Below are positions 30,951 through 39,963 of a stretch of 64,000 nt of DNA, piece by piece; positions within the stretch are counted from its first letter, which is position 1, and each line of letters opens with the position of its first letter. The notes under the pieces are model-generated. The model made no database searches. It was given only the letters and a program-made list of their open reading frames with translations, and was not told where the DNA came from. The DNA lies in the sequence record NC_031039.1; one strand, written 5' to 3'. The position numbers and the translations under genes were made by a program.

Positions 30951-31400
30951 ATGAAGAAAAGATGTAATAATATTCATTGTATTGATAATAGTATTACAGA
31001 AACTGATTTACAAAAATGTTGGTATTGTAATTCTGATCTAACTATAGTTGGTAAACCTATTGATCTAGATATTGGTCAGAAAATTTATGTTAACGAGCAG
31101 AATCATTTCTTAGGGGTATCAGAGGGCAATTTAATCGAATGTGAAATTACTAAGATTAATAAATCTGTATTTTATGCTAAAGAAAAAAATAAAGATTATG
31201 AATATAGATTTAATCGAAAAACTTTTACAGGAAAAGGTGTTCATGTAGGAAGTAAATTAACTGCTTATTTAACAGTAGATCAATTTAATAAGGAAATGGA
31301 TTACCAAAAAGAAAGAGATGAATTATTGGTTAAAATTAAAAAAAGATTAGATGAATTAAATTTAGAAACATTAAAGGATGTAAATAATTTTATTAAGTAA
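30951..31400 (+). CDS. Hypothetical protein with N-terminal Cys motif
   Basis: AGGAGG SD before ATG 30951; C.NIHC...CWYC. Confidence 0.65.
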   Translation: MKKRCNNIHCIDNSITETDLQKCWYCNSDLTIVGKPIDLDIGQKIYVNEQNHFLGVSEGNLIECEITKINKSVFYAKEKNKDYEYRFNRKTFTGKGVHVGSKLTAYLTVDQFNKEMDYQKERDELLVKIKKRLDELNLETLKDVNNFIK

Positions 31401-31417
31401 AAAGGAGATATATTTGA

Positions 31418-31828
31418 ATGAGTATTAAAGAGTCATATGAAGGAACTGTAAAGAGAAAAGTAGTATTAACAAAAACAATGTCAGATATTCTTCAAGAACA
31501 ATTAAGATATGCATTTAATAAGTATAATGGTGGTACAGAAATGCAAATATCTCGTCTAATTAATATCAGACTAAATATAATGACTATGAGTAATGTAGAT
31601 GAAGCATTCAATAATCATTTTTCACCTTTGTTAGACTTACCAGTACATGATTATATCAGTTGCCTTATTAATGGATACGAAGTTTCTTATTCTCCTGAAG
31701 AAAGATTAATTGAGAAGCTTAAACAGGAAAAATTAGACTGTGAAACAGATGCAGAAAAGGAATCATTTGATGTTGCAATTGAACATGTACAAGAAATATT
31801 TAAAATGTCTCCCTTATATAAGGTTTAA
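31418..31828 (+). CDS. Hypothetical protein
   Basis: 136-aa ORF with SD AAGGAG. Confidence 0.65.
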   Translation: MSIKESYEGTVKRKVVLTKTMSDILQEQLRYAFNKYNGGTEMQISRLINIRLNIMTMSNVDEAFNNHFSPLLDLPVHDYISCLINGYEVSYSPEERLIEKLKQEKLDCETDAEKESFDVAIEHVQEIFKMSPLYKV

Positions 31829-31838
31829 AAAGAAAAAT

Positions 31839-31851
31839 AAATAGATATTAT
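31839..31851 (+). promoter_or_regulatory. Early-type promoter AAATAGATATTAT
   Basis: One-mismatch motif upstream of 31889. Confidence 0.6.
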
Positions 31852-31888
31852 AATAATGAGAAAATAGATATTAAGGGAGAGAGAAACA

Positions 31889-32404
31889 ATGACAATGACA
31901 AAACCACTTAAAGAGAAAACACTAAGTAATATGCTAGGAAAGCTTTTCAATGAAGAATTTGAACTTACTAAAGAGCAACATGCATTATATGAAAGACTTA
32001 AAGAGATTGAAGCACGTAAAGAAGAGATTTTAAATGAGAGAGATATCCTTCAAGGATTAGGGGAAAAAGAAGATTTAGACTTTGTTAGTGTGGATACTGA
32101 AACTACCACTACAACTAGAGTTACATTTGATAGAGATGAGAAAATTCAGTCAGTTGAGATTAAAGAAGAAAAGAAAGAAAAACGTACTAGAATGTCTCAA
32201 TCTGAGAAAATGAAAGCTATTGATACATTAAAAGAGATTATGGAACAATATGGTCGCCCTATGAAGCTAAGTGATATTATTGAAGAATTAGCTAACCATG
32301 GTTATGAATGGAATAAAGTACAATCTGCACGTAAGTTCATTACAGATTCAGGTATTTTAGATTCACCTTGTCGTGGTATGTATCAGTTAATTAGAAAATT
32401 TTAA
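31889..32404 (+). CDS. Coiled-coil protein with probable C-terminal winged-helix domain
   Basis: LKEIMEQYGRPMKLSDIIEEL...RGMYQL resembles wHTH. Confidence 0.55.
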   Translation: MTMTKPLKEKTLSNMLGKLFNEEFELTKEQHALYERLKEIEARKEEILNERDILQGLGEKEDLDFVSVDTETTTTTRVTFDRDEKIQSVEIKEEKKEKRTRMSQSEKMKAIDTLKEIMEQYGRPMKLSDIIEELANHGYEWNKVQSARKFITDSGILDSPCRGMYQLIRKF

Positions 32405-32434
32405 TAAGAGATTAACTATTTGGGAATAAAAAAT

Positions 32435-32470
32435 CAATCAACCATTATTGAATCTAATAATGGTTGATTG
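32435..32470 (+). terminator. Hairpin, probable terminator
   Basis: CAATCAACCATTATT/AATAATGGTTGATTG. Confidence 0.7.
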
Positions 32471-32487
32471 AATCTTAATTTGAGAGG

Positions 32488-32763
32488 TTGATTAAAATGG
32501 ATAAAAATTTATTAAAAACATGCTTAGATGAAATTGAACATCATAAAGGTATGTTAATGGCTGAAAATGAGATTAGTGATGTTGAACTTAAGGAATTAGA
32601 ATACATAAAATATGCTTTAGAGAGAGAAAATGAAGTAGATACTATTATTATATTAAATGCTGTTTGCAGTATTACTAATTCAAGTGATCTGCATGATTAT
32701 GCTATGTATCTTTTAGAATTAATTCATAATGATGATAATATTTCTAAAAGGGAGATAAAGTAG
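32488..32763 (+). CDS. Hypothetical protein
   Basis: 91-aa ORF with SD GAGG. Confidence 0.6.
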   Translation: MIKMDKNLLKTCLDEIEHHKGMLMAENEISDVELKELEYIKYALERENEVDTIIILNAVCSITNSSDLHDYAMYLLELIHNDDNISKREIK

Positions 32764-32811
32764 AAGTTATTGAAATTGGAGGAAGAGGATTTGATATAAT
32801 CGAATAAAACT

Positions 32812-32849
32812 ATATAAGTAGTAGGAAATTAATTTCCTACTACTTATAT
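32812..32849. repeat. Perfect 38-bp palindrome (probable terminator hairpin)
   Basis: ATATAAGTAGTAGGAAATT|AATTTCCTACTACTTATAT. Confidence 0.9.
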
Positions 32850-32881
32850 TAATAATAATAAAAACTAAAATTTTTTATAGG

Positions 32882-33793
32882 GTGATTATTATGCTAATGA
32901 CAAAATCTTTTAAAAATATACACCTAATTAAATGGGATATCTACACAGTTCTTAAAACACATGATAAAATATTAGATATACTATCGAATAGAGTAAATTA
33001 TCAGAAATTACACATTGAAACAATTTATACTGAATCTGGAATCCAAGTAGTACAAAAATTAACTAATGATACATATAATATATCCAAAAACAGTCTCCCT
33101 CTTTTATCTGATAGAGAAGCCAAGTTTAGTAAAGATGCAATGGATATGATAGTAAATAATTTTATGAATAGTTATAATTTAAAAACTCAAGATGAATATA
33201 ATAAATATAAAGAAATGCTTTTAAATAATGGGAATAATGAAGTTACAGTTGTTATAGATGCATCTAATATCGTGTTACAGACAAATCATATTTCTGATGA
33301 AGAAATAGATCGTGCTAAGAAACATCTAATTTCTAATCATGATTTTTATGAATCTAAAAAATTATGTGATGTGTGTGGTAAAAGATCTAATAATGTATCT
33401 GAAAGAAATGAATTTGGTAGATTTAAGATTCATTATTTCTGTGATGATCATAGAGTTAAGGAATTATATAAGAATAAAAGTATAATAAATAACCAAATTA
33501 TATCATATAATGGAAAAAATAAAATTAATCTTGGAGCTAAACCTACCTGTGATGTATGTAAAGGAAGTTTATTCACCTCTATATACACTGATCAATTTTA
33601 TTTATTATATGATGATACAAAAGTATGCAATAATTGTGTTTATAGTTATATAGGAAGAAATTTATTAAATCAACATGGACATAGATGTGAAAACTGTCGT
33701 GGACAAGGATATATTAGAGATTACAAACTCTATAAAGTAGATTGTGCTTATTGTCAAGGAACAGGTTGGATTAAGAAGGAGAATAGTAAATGA
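32882..33793 (+). CDS. Paralog family B member 1, multi-zinc-finger with DnaJ-type CxxCxGxG pair
   Basis: IHLIKWD N-terminus; CDVC..CDDH; CENCRGQG..CAYCQGTGW. Confidence 0.75.
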   Translation: MIIMLMTKSFKNIHLIKWDIYTVLKTHDKILDILSNRVNYQKLHIETIYTESGIQVVQKLTNDTYNISKNSLPLLSDREAKFSKDAMDMIVNNFMNSYNLKTQDEYNKYKEMLLNNGNNEVTVVIDASNIVLQTNHISDEEIDRAKKHLISNHDFYESKKLCDVCGKRSNNVSERNEFGRFKIHYFCDDHRVKELYKNKSIINNQIISYNGKNKINLGAKPTCDVCKGSLFTSIYTDQFYLLYDDTKVCNNCVYSYIGRNLLNQHGHRCENCRGQGYIRDYKLYKVDCAYCQGTGWIKKENSK

Positions 33794-34692
33794 GGGATCT
33801 ACATTTAATTAAATGGTCATTAGCAGGAATGATTAGATTTGAGGATTCATGTCTTCCTCAATTTGATAAAACTTATGAAATTATTTTTACTGATGGTTAT
33901 GTAGAATTAGTTTATAAACGAAAAAATAATTTTATTACATTTAAAGTACCTATTGGAATTAAATATGGGAAACCTTATCTTTCTAATGAATTAAAAAAAG
34001 AAATACAAGAAAGAACTATTACTTATTATTATAAATATGTTAATTGTCTAAAAAGAGATGAATATTTAGATTATAGGAATAAATATCTACAAAATAAAAA
34101 TAACAAAGTAGCTATTTTAAGAGATTCTAAAAAGTTAAAAGTATATGCTAATTACGAAATATCTGAGAAAGAGTTTCTAAATATTAGAAGGGAAAGAGTG
34201 AAGGTTGAGGATTTTCTCAAAGAGAATATATGTGAAGTTTGTGGTTCAAGAAACTCATTAACTAGATTCAATAGACACAATTTATGCACTAAACACTCAA
34301 TACAAGTTGAATTTAAAGAATATCATAGTTTAGAAGATTTAATTAGGGAAAATAATAAATTAAAATGCCATTGCTGTAATGAAGATATTTTAAAAACTGA
34401 TCTTTATATGAAACAAGATAAAGAAGCGAAAGAAAATATCGCATCACCAATATTCACAATATTTCATAATACGGATCCACTGGATAAAGATTTACACTAT
34501 TGTGATCAATGTAAAAGAAAGTTTAATGATAAAATAGTTGAAAATATTGTTAAACGATCAGAAATATGTAAATGTAAAGAATGTAATGGAAAAGGTTACG
34601 AAAGAAATTATTATGTAGAAAAAGAATTCTGTGAAAAATGTAATGGTAGAGGATGGGTTAAGAAGAAGGGAGTAAATAATGAAGTACAATAA
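33790..34692 (+). CDS. Paralog family B member 2, multi-zinc-finger
   Basis: LHLIKWS; CEVC..CTKH; CKECNGKG..CEKCNGRGW. Confidence 0.75.
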   Translation: MRDLHLIKWSLAGMIRFEDSCLPQFDKTYEIIFTDGYVELVYKRKNNFITFKVPIGIKYGKPYLSNELKKEIQERTITYYYKYVNCLKRDEYLDYRNKYLQNKNNKVAILRDSKKLKVYANYEISEKEFLNIRRERVKVEDFLKENICEVCGSRNSLTRFNRHNLCTKHSIQVEFKEYHSLEDLIRENNKLKCHCCNEDILKTDLYMKQDKEAKENIASPIFTIFHNTDPLDKDLHYCDQCKRKFNDKIVENIVKRSEICKCKECNGKGYERNYYVEKEFCEKCNGRGWVKKKGVNNEVQ

Positions 34693-35125
34693 TACCTTAG
34701 ATAGATTAAGGCATTTAATTAATTGGGATTTTGAAGATGTTATGAAATTTGATTCAAAAATACCAAAGAGTATTAAATATAATCATCAAGTCACTGACTT
34801 AATAATTCTGTATGAAGTAGTTCTAGCAGAAGAGTATATTGAGTTTATCTATAAAACCAATGATAAATTTAGATTATCAAAAATTATTCCACCTATTAAG
34901 AATAATAAAATAAAATATACAGAGGATTTCTATGATAGAATGTTAGCATGTACTCATCCTTTTTATACTGTTCCTAATACTAAAATATTGATCAAAGATG
35001 AATATGATAAATATAGATTAGAACTTATGAATAATTTAAAAAATAAAGTTATATTATTATCATATAACTCAGAAAGGATGAAAGTATATACAAATTATAA
35101 ACTATCAGGATTGGAGGAGATTTAA
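34679..35125 (+). CDS. Paralog family B member 3, N-terminal domain only
   Basis: LRHLINWD..DEYDKYR..NNLKNKV..MKVYTNYKLS; lacks all Cys fingers. Confidence 0.7.
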   Translation: MKYNNTLDRLRHLINWDFEDVMKFDSKIPKSIKYNHQVTDLIILYEVVLAEEYIEFIYKTNDKFRLSKIIPPIKNNKIKYTEDFYDRMLACTHPFYTVPNTKILIKDEYDKYRLELMNNLKNKVILLSYNSERMKVYTNYKLSGLEEI

Positions 35126-35272
35126 GATCAGTTAGAAAAATATATAGTTGTAATGAAATATAATATCTTAAAACGAATAGATGATGATAAATTAATCATT
35201 AGTTATGATATTACACAACTAATGATTAGTGAGAATAATCATATTTAAAAATACATGTAAAGGATGATGAAA

Positions 35273-35482
35273 ATGGCAATTATTAAGAAAGATTATGAAA
35301 CTATTCAAACTGAAAATGCTACAGAATATTATGATGAGGTTTTAAAGGAACGTGCTATTCCAGATCCTCGTGATGGATTAAAACCTATTCACCGTAGAAT
35401 TCTATGGGGTATGCATGTACATAAATGGGAATCAAATAAACCGCATGTTAAGTCAGCAAAAATTACGGGGAGCATTATTGGT
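35273..35482 (+). CDS. gyrA: DNA gyrase subunit A, exon 1 (70 codons)
   Basis: RAIPDPRDGLKPIHRRILWGM..KSAKITGSIIG; ends GGT at 5' splice site. Confidence 0.92.
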
Positions 35483-35836
35483 AAACAGTAGTTTCATTGC
35501 CTATCAATTATGATAGAGTATATAACTTAGCAATGAAATTCTTGCCGTCTTAAGTGGTAACATTTAAGATTATTAATGGGGGATTAAGCTGGGAGGGTTT
35601 AGTTATCCTGATCAGAGTCCGAAGGATAAATGTAATAATTTATTCAGGCGCAACGCATAGATTACTGAAACTTCACAAGATGAAGAATATAATGTATCCA
35701 CGAGACCCCATTAACCGTCTATTGTGAAATACATGGTTAAAAAGATATGCTATGCTGAGTTGGAAATGACCAACTGATGAAAATGAGGGAAACCTCCAGA
35801 GCATAGGATAAAAAGCCTATGGTTAATAACTAACAG
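35483..35836 (+). ncRNA. Group I intron 1 of gyrA (354 nt, no ORF)
   Basis: U at 5' splice site, terminal G; IGS TGCCGT; P3 AATGGGG/CCCCATT; P7 GCATA/TATGC; removal restores IIG-EYHPHG. Confidence 0.92.
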
Positions 35837-35932
35837 GAATATCATCCCCACGGAAATGCAAGCGTATATGAAGCACTAGTAAAAATGTATCAACCTTGGT
35901 ATGTCAATAAAAGCCTTATTGATGCTCATGGT
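35837..35932 (+). CDS. gyrA: DNA gyrase subunit A, exon 2 (32 codons, QRDR)
   Basis: EYHPHGNASVYEALVKMYQPWYVNKSLIDAHG; missed by ORF track. Confidence 0.92.
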
Positions 35933-36290
35933 AAGTAAAATCCTTTAATATTATATGAATACCGTCATATAATAGATTAGGCTCGTTAAAGGATATGCCG
36001 TTTTGTATGGTAACATACATCATTATTACTGGGGGATTAAGCTGGAAGGGTATAGCCTATCCTGATCAGAGTCCGAAGGATGGATGTAATAGTCCATTCA
36101 GGCGCAACGCATAGATTGCTGAAACTTCACAAGATGAAGAATATAATGTATCCAAGAGACCCCAGTATCCATCTATTGTGAAATACATGGATAAAAAGAT
36201 ATGCTATACTGGATTGGAAATGACCAATCGATGAAAATGAGGGAAACCTCCAGAGCATAGGATAAAAAGCCTATGGTTAATAACTATTAG
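35933..36290 (+). ncRNA. Group I intron 2 of gyrA (358 nt, no ORF)
   Basis: Core nearly identical to intron 1 with compensatory stem changes; removal restores DAHG-NFGSVYGDPAAAERYSEAR. Confidence 0.92.
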
Positions 36291-38405
36291 AACTTTGGAA
36301 GTGTGTATGGGGATCCAGCCGCCGCTGAACGTTATAGTGAAGCTAGAATCCATAAATTTGCAGAAGAGGTTTTACTTTCAAATATTAATAAAAACATTGT
36401 TGATTTTGTTCCAAACTTTGATAATACTTTAGAAGAGCCAAAAGTATTACCTTCTATTCTTCCAATGATATTAGTTAATGGTAGTCTCGGTATTGCTGCT
36501 GGTTATGCAACCAACCAACATCCACATAATATTAATGAAGTTATTGATGAGACTATTAAGTATATTAAAGATAATAATTATCAGATCAAGTTACTACCAG
36601 ATTACCCAACTGGTGGAGTAATTATTAATAAAAGGCAAGTAGAAGAAGCATATACTACTGGTAAATCAAAGGCTATTATTAGAGCAAGAATTACAAAAAA
36701 TGAAAAGAAACATGAATTAGTTATTAGCGAGATCCCATATCTAAAAACATCTGATAAACTAATTGAATCTATTCAAAATGTAGCTAATGATAGAATTGAG
36801 AAAGGTAATAAAATTCCTAAGAAGATTGAAGGAATTAAAAATATTAAGAACCTTTCAGAAAAAGGTAAAATTAATATTATTATTGAAGTAAAGAAAGGTT
36901 ATGATCTAGATTTAATTGAAAACCAATTATATAAATATACTAATTGTCAATTTACCCTACCAATGGACTTTAATGGAGTAATAGACAAGAAGTTTATTAA
37001 CTTTACTAACGTCAACCAAATTGTTGCAGAATGGTTAAATTTCCGTATTGTTACTCTTAGACGTTTATTTACAAATGATCTTAAAGATGCTAAGAAGAGA
37101 ATTCATATTATTGATGGGTTACTTACTGCGTTAGGTACTAATCTAGATCGTTTGTTAGATATTATCAGAACTAGTAAAAGTAGATCACAAATGGTTGAAA
37201 CTATTGTAAAAGAATTTAAAATTGAAGAAGATCAAGCTGAATATATTGTAAATATGAAATTATATCGTATTAACAATATTGAAATTGATCAATTGAAAAA
37301 AGAAAGAAAAGACTTAGAAAAGAAATATAACGATACGGTATTATACTTTAAAGATGATAATAAGATTAATGAGTATATTATCTCTGAACTTGAAAATGCT
37401 AAGAAAAAGTTTGGTTGTGAACGAAAAACAACTGTTCTAGATTTAAATATAGAAGATATTAATAATAAAGAAAATCTTATTATTGACAGCAACCATACTT
37501 TCATTTGTACTAATCGTTATATTAAGAAATTAAATAATACTATCAAAGTTCAAAAACGTGGTGGTAAAGGAAATAGTATTGGTAAGATTAAATCTGATGA
37601 TAATCCAATTACTATTTTTAATGCAAATAATAAGGATAATATTCTTATTTTTACAAATGCAGGAAAAGTTTATTCAAGAAAAGCTTATGAGATTGAAGGT
37701 TGTGAAATCCAATCATATGGCTATAATCTAAATGGTATTATTAAAGATGAAACTCTAACAAATGTCCTTGCAATGACAGATGATGAGATGAATAATGAAA
37801 ATATCAAAATTGCAATTGGTACTAGATTGAATAAAATTAAACTAGTAGATGTAGCAGAATTTAAGAATATTTATCAATCTGGTATTATTGCAACTAAATT
37901 AAATGATGGTGATAGTGTTATCTTTGCTCAAAAAGTAGATATGAAAGGAAAGAATTCTATTATTGCTTGCACTAATACAGGAGCAACAATTAATATGTCA
38001 CTTGACTCTATCCCAGTAGTTCTTCGCCCTACATTTGGTTCTAACATTTTTGACAATTCTATTATCAATAAAGGAGATTATATTGCTGGTATTGATCTAG
38101 TAACAGAAGAAGTATCACATGCTTTCTTTATTAGTAAAAAGGGATTGGGAAAACGAGTTGAAATCTCTGAGTTCCCTGAACAAATCCGTGGTGGTAAAGG
38201 TCGAATTGGAATTAGAGCAAAAGAAAATGATGAAATTGTGAGAATTGTTTCTGTTAAACCGGATTCTGACTTAACCATTATTAGTAATACTAGTATTATT
38301 GGAATGGACATTGATGAAGTAAGTGTATTACTCCGTCCAGCATTTGGTAACACTATTAAGAAATTAAATAAAGATGAGATTATTTTGGGAGCAACCGCTA
38401 TTTAA
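36291..38405 (+). CDS. gyrA: DNA gyrase subunit A, exon 3 (spliced product about 806 aa)
   Basis: Catalytic ERYSEAR tyrosine, PNFD..EP.VLP, GIAAGYAT, PDYPTGG, GyrA-box QKRGGKG, beta-pinwheel CTD. Confidence 0.95.
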   Translation, partial: NFGSVYGDPAAAERYSEARIHKFAEEVLLSNINKNIVDFVPNFDNTLEEPKVLPSILPMILVNGSLGIAAGYATNQHPHNINEVIDETIKYIKDNNYQIKLLPDYPTGGVIINKRQVEEAYTTGKSKAIIRARITKNEKKHELVISEIPYLKTSDKLIESIQNVANDRIEKGNKIPKKIEGIKNIKNLSEKGKINIIIEVKKGYDLDLIENQLYKYTNCQFTLPMDFNGVIDKKFINFTNVNQIVAEWLNFRIVTLRRLFTNDLKDAKKRIHIIDGLLTALGTNLDRLLDIIRTSKSRSQMVETIVKEFKIEEDQAEYIVNMKLYRINNIEIDQLKKERKDLEKKYNDTVLYFKDDNKINEYIISELENAKKKFGCERKTTVLDLNIEDINNKENLIIDSNHTFICTNRYIKKLNNTIKVQKRGGKGNSIGKIKSDDNPITIFNANNKDNILIFTNAGKVYSRKAYEIEGCEIQSYGYNLNGIIKDETLTNVLAMTDDEMNNENIKIAIGTRLNKIKLVDVAEFKNIYQSGIIATKLNDGDSVIFAQKVDMKGKNSIIACTNTGATINMSLDSIPVVLRPTFGSNIFDNSIINKGDYIAGIDLVTEEVSHAFFISKKGLGKRVEISEFPEQIRGGKGRIGIRAKENDEIVRIVSVKPDSDLTIISNTSIIGMDIDEVSVLLRPAFGNTIKKLNKDEIILGATAI

Positions 38406-38407
38406 TT

Positions 38408-38434
38408 AGAGAAGACTATTAGTCTTCTCTTTTT
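38408..38434 (+). terminator. Intrinsic terminator
   Basis: AGAGAAGACT/AGTCTTCTCT plus T tract. Confidence 0.8.
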
Positions 38435-38458
38435 ATTATATTGGAGGGAAATTAATAT

Positions 38459-38941
38459 ATGTATATAAGTACGCTTAAAAAAGGTCAAACATATTCTAAA
38501 GGTGAAAAATCATGGATAGCTAATTATAACATTGGAACAATCAGTTTTATGAATTTAAGTAATCAAGATATTCGAGAATTAGAAGAAGCAGGTATTTTGA
38601 CTAAAGTTAAAGCAGTACCTCATCAAATAAATATTTGGTATGAAAATGAATTAGTTAAAACGTTTAGTGCTAAGATTTCAAAAGAAAATATAGAGGAATC
38701 TCTTAAGAGAATTTACAAAGAAAATTTATTAAAACTAGGTGTACGATTAAAGGATACAGCTACTTATAATTTCCATAAACAAGATCAACTTGTATCAGTT
38801 AATACTGATCATACACATAATATTGAATTTACTGCTATTCCAATTCGTGATTTTAATTCAGTAAAATTTATTATAGAAAATGAATATGACTCTTATAATA
38901 AAGAACATATGATTTCTCTAGCAACTCATGAAATTGAATAA
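38459..38941 (+). CDS. Hypothetical protein
   Basis: 160-aa ORF with SD GGAGG. Confidence 0.7.
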   Translation: MYISTLKKGQTYSKGEKSWIANYNIGTISFMNLSNQDIRELEEAGILTKVKAVPHQINIWYENELVKTFSAKISKENIEESLKRIYKENLLKLGVRLKDTATYNFHKQDQLVSVNTDHTHNIEFTAIPIRDFNSVKFIIENEYDSYNKEHMISLATHEIE

Positions 38942-38958
38942 TAAATTATAAAGGATAA

Positions 38959-39435
38959 ATGGGGGAAACTAAAATGATTCAAAAATTAATTAGTGGAGAT
39001 TTCTTAAATAAAAAATTGGTATCTATCTCAAATATTCAACCGTATAATGTTCTTAATGAATATCTTGATAGAGAAAGTGTTTATGACGATTATCCTGTGG
39101 TAAGAAATAAAGGTGAAATTGGTTTTACTGTAAAAGAAAGTGTCACATTTAAATTTGAGAATGATGTATGCTTAAATGTATTTGCCTTTTCAAGTGATGA
39201 TCCAAAAATGGATTATAGTGTAACTGACTATAACGAAAATGATATCAGTATTAATTCACTAATTGGTAAGAAAATTAAGACATTTAGACAAATTGGGGAA
39301 CAGGAATTTATTCTTATTTTTGAAGATAAATTAGAGGTTTATGTGGGAATTGATGATGGCATTTTAAATTGGGAAATTACTAAGGATGGTTCTTACTTTA
39401 TAGAAAGAGATAAAAATTTGCTTGTTGCTAATTAA
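38959..39435 (+). CDS. Hypothetical protein
   Basis: 158-aa ORF; start may be ATG 38974. Confidence 0.7.
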   Translation: MGETKMIQKLISGDFLNKKLVSISNIQPYNVLNEYLDRESVYDDYPVVRNKGEIGFTVKESVTFKFENDVCLNVFAFSSDDPKMDYSVTDYNENDISINSLIGKKIKTFRQIGEQEFILIFEDKLEVYVGIDDGILNWEITKDGSYFIERDKNLLVAN

Positions 39436-39455
39436 ACGTATTAAAATGATTAACT

Positions 39456-39468
39456 AAACATATATTAT
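39456..39468 (+). promoter_or_regulatory. Early-type promoter AAACATATATTAT overlapping SD-sequestering hairpin
   Basis: Motif variant; hairpin 39466-39500. Confidence 0.6.
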
Positions 39469-39504
39469 CTTCCTGATATTAACGAAATATTAGGAGGATA
39501 ATAT

Positions 39505-39696
39505 ATGAAAAATTTTGAGAGTTTCTTTGTAAAGATATTACTATTAGTTTCAACATTCTTTTTGTCTATTTTTGCATATTATTATATGGATTCTGGAAAA
39601 GAGCTTATTACAGTATTACTTATATATCTCCCATTTGCTTTTGCAGTTTTATGGTCTGAAATAGTAAATTACTATAAAAATAAAAAACCGTATTAA
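39505..39696 (+). CDS. Small two-TM membrane protein
   Basis: Two hydrophobic helices, AGGAGG SD. Confidence 0.7.
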   Translation: MKNFESFFVKILLLVSTFFLSIFAYYYMDSGKELITVLLIYLPFAFAVLWSEIVNYYKNKKPY

Positions 39697-39707
39697 ACTA
39701 CCTAAGC

Positions 39708-39720
39708 AAATATATATTAT
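39708..39720 (+). promoter_or_regulatory. Early-type promoter AAATATATATTAT
   Basis: Exact consensus. Confidence 0.75.
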
Positions 39721-39757
39721 AATCTTGATATAGTTAAAATAAAGGGAGAGATATATA

Positions 39758-39946
39758 ATGATTGAAAGTTTACAGAGAAAATTTAAATGGTTCAAAATAA
39801 TAATGACTATTAGTACCATTATTGGACTATTTATAGTATTGGGAATTCTATTTAGATTTGTATTGACAATATTATTTTCTAAATTATTTTGGTTGGCTTT
39901 GATTATTGGATTCTTAGTATATGTGATTACTAAAAGTAAAAAATAA
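39758..39946 (+). CDS. Small membrane protein
   Basis: Hydrophobic 62-aa ORF. Confidence 0.7.
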   Translation: MIESLQRKFKWFKIIMTISTIIGLFIVLGILFRFVLTILFSKLFWLALIIGFLVYVITKSKK

Positions 39947-39963
39947 AAGTTATATAAAGGAGA

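Noticed and set aside
32740-32806. Possible -1 frameshift extension (KVEVIEIGGRGFDIIE) of 32488-32763
   Set aside because: The AAAGGGA run is not in the correct phase for tandem slippage.
35153-35248. 31-aa ORF or frameshifted continuation of family B member 3
   Set aside because: No SD; neither alternative frame restores the zinc-finger region.
35483-36290. Direct repeat read as CRISPR array, DGR template/variable repeat or IS ends
   Set aside because: Only two long copies; differences are compensatory base pairs, not adenine-specific; no reverse transcriptase, cas or transposase gene; fully explained as group I introns.
36303-38405. GTG 36303 as start of a stand-alone gyrA
   Set aside because: Lacks the N-terminal 100+ residues and an SD; it is the interior of exon 3, which starts at 36291.
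17354-38405. 16-kb separation of gyrB and gyrA as a special rearrangement
   Set aside because: Unlinked topoisomerase subunit genes are common in large phages; no mobile-element ends flank the intervening block.
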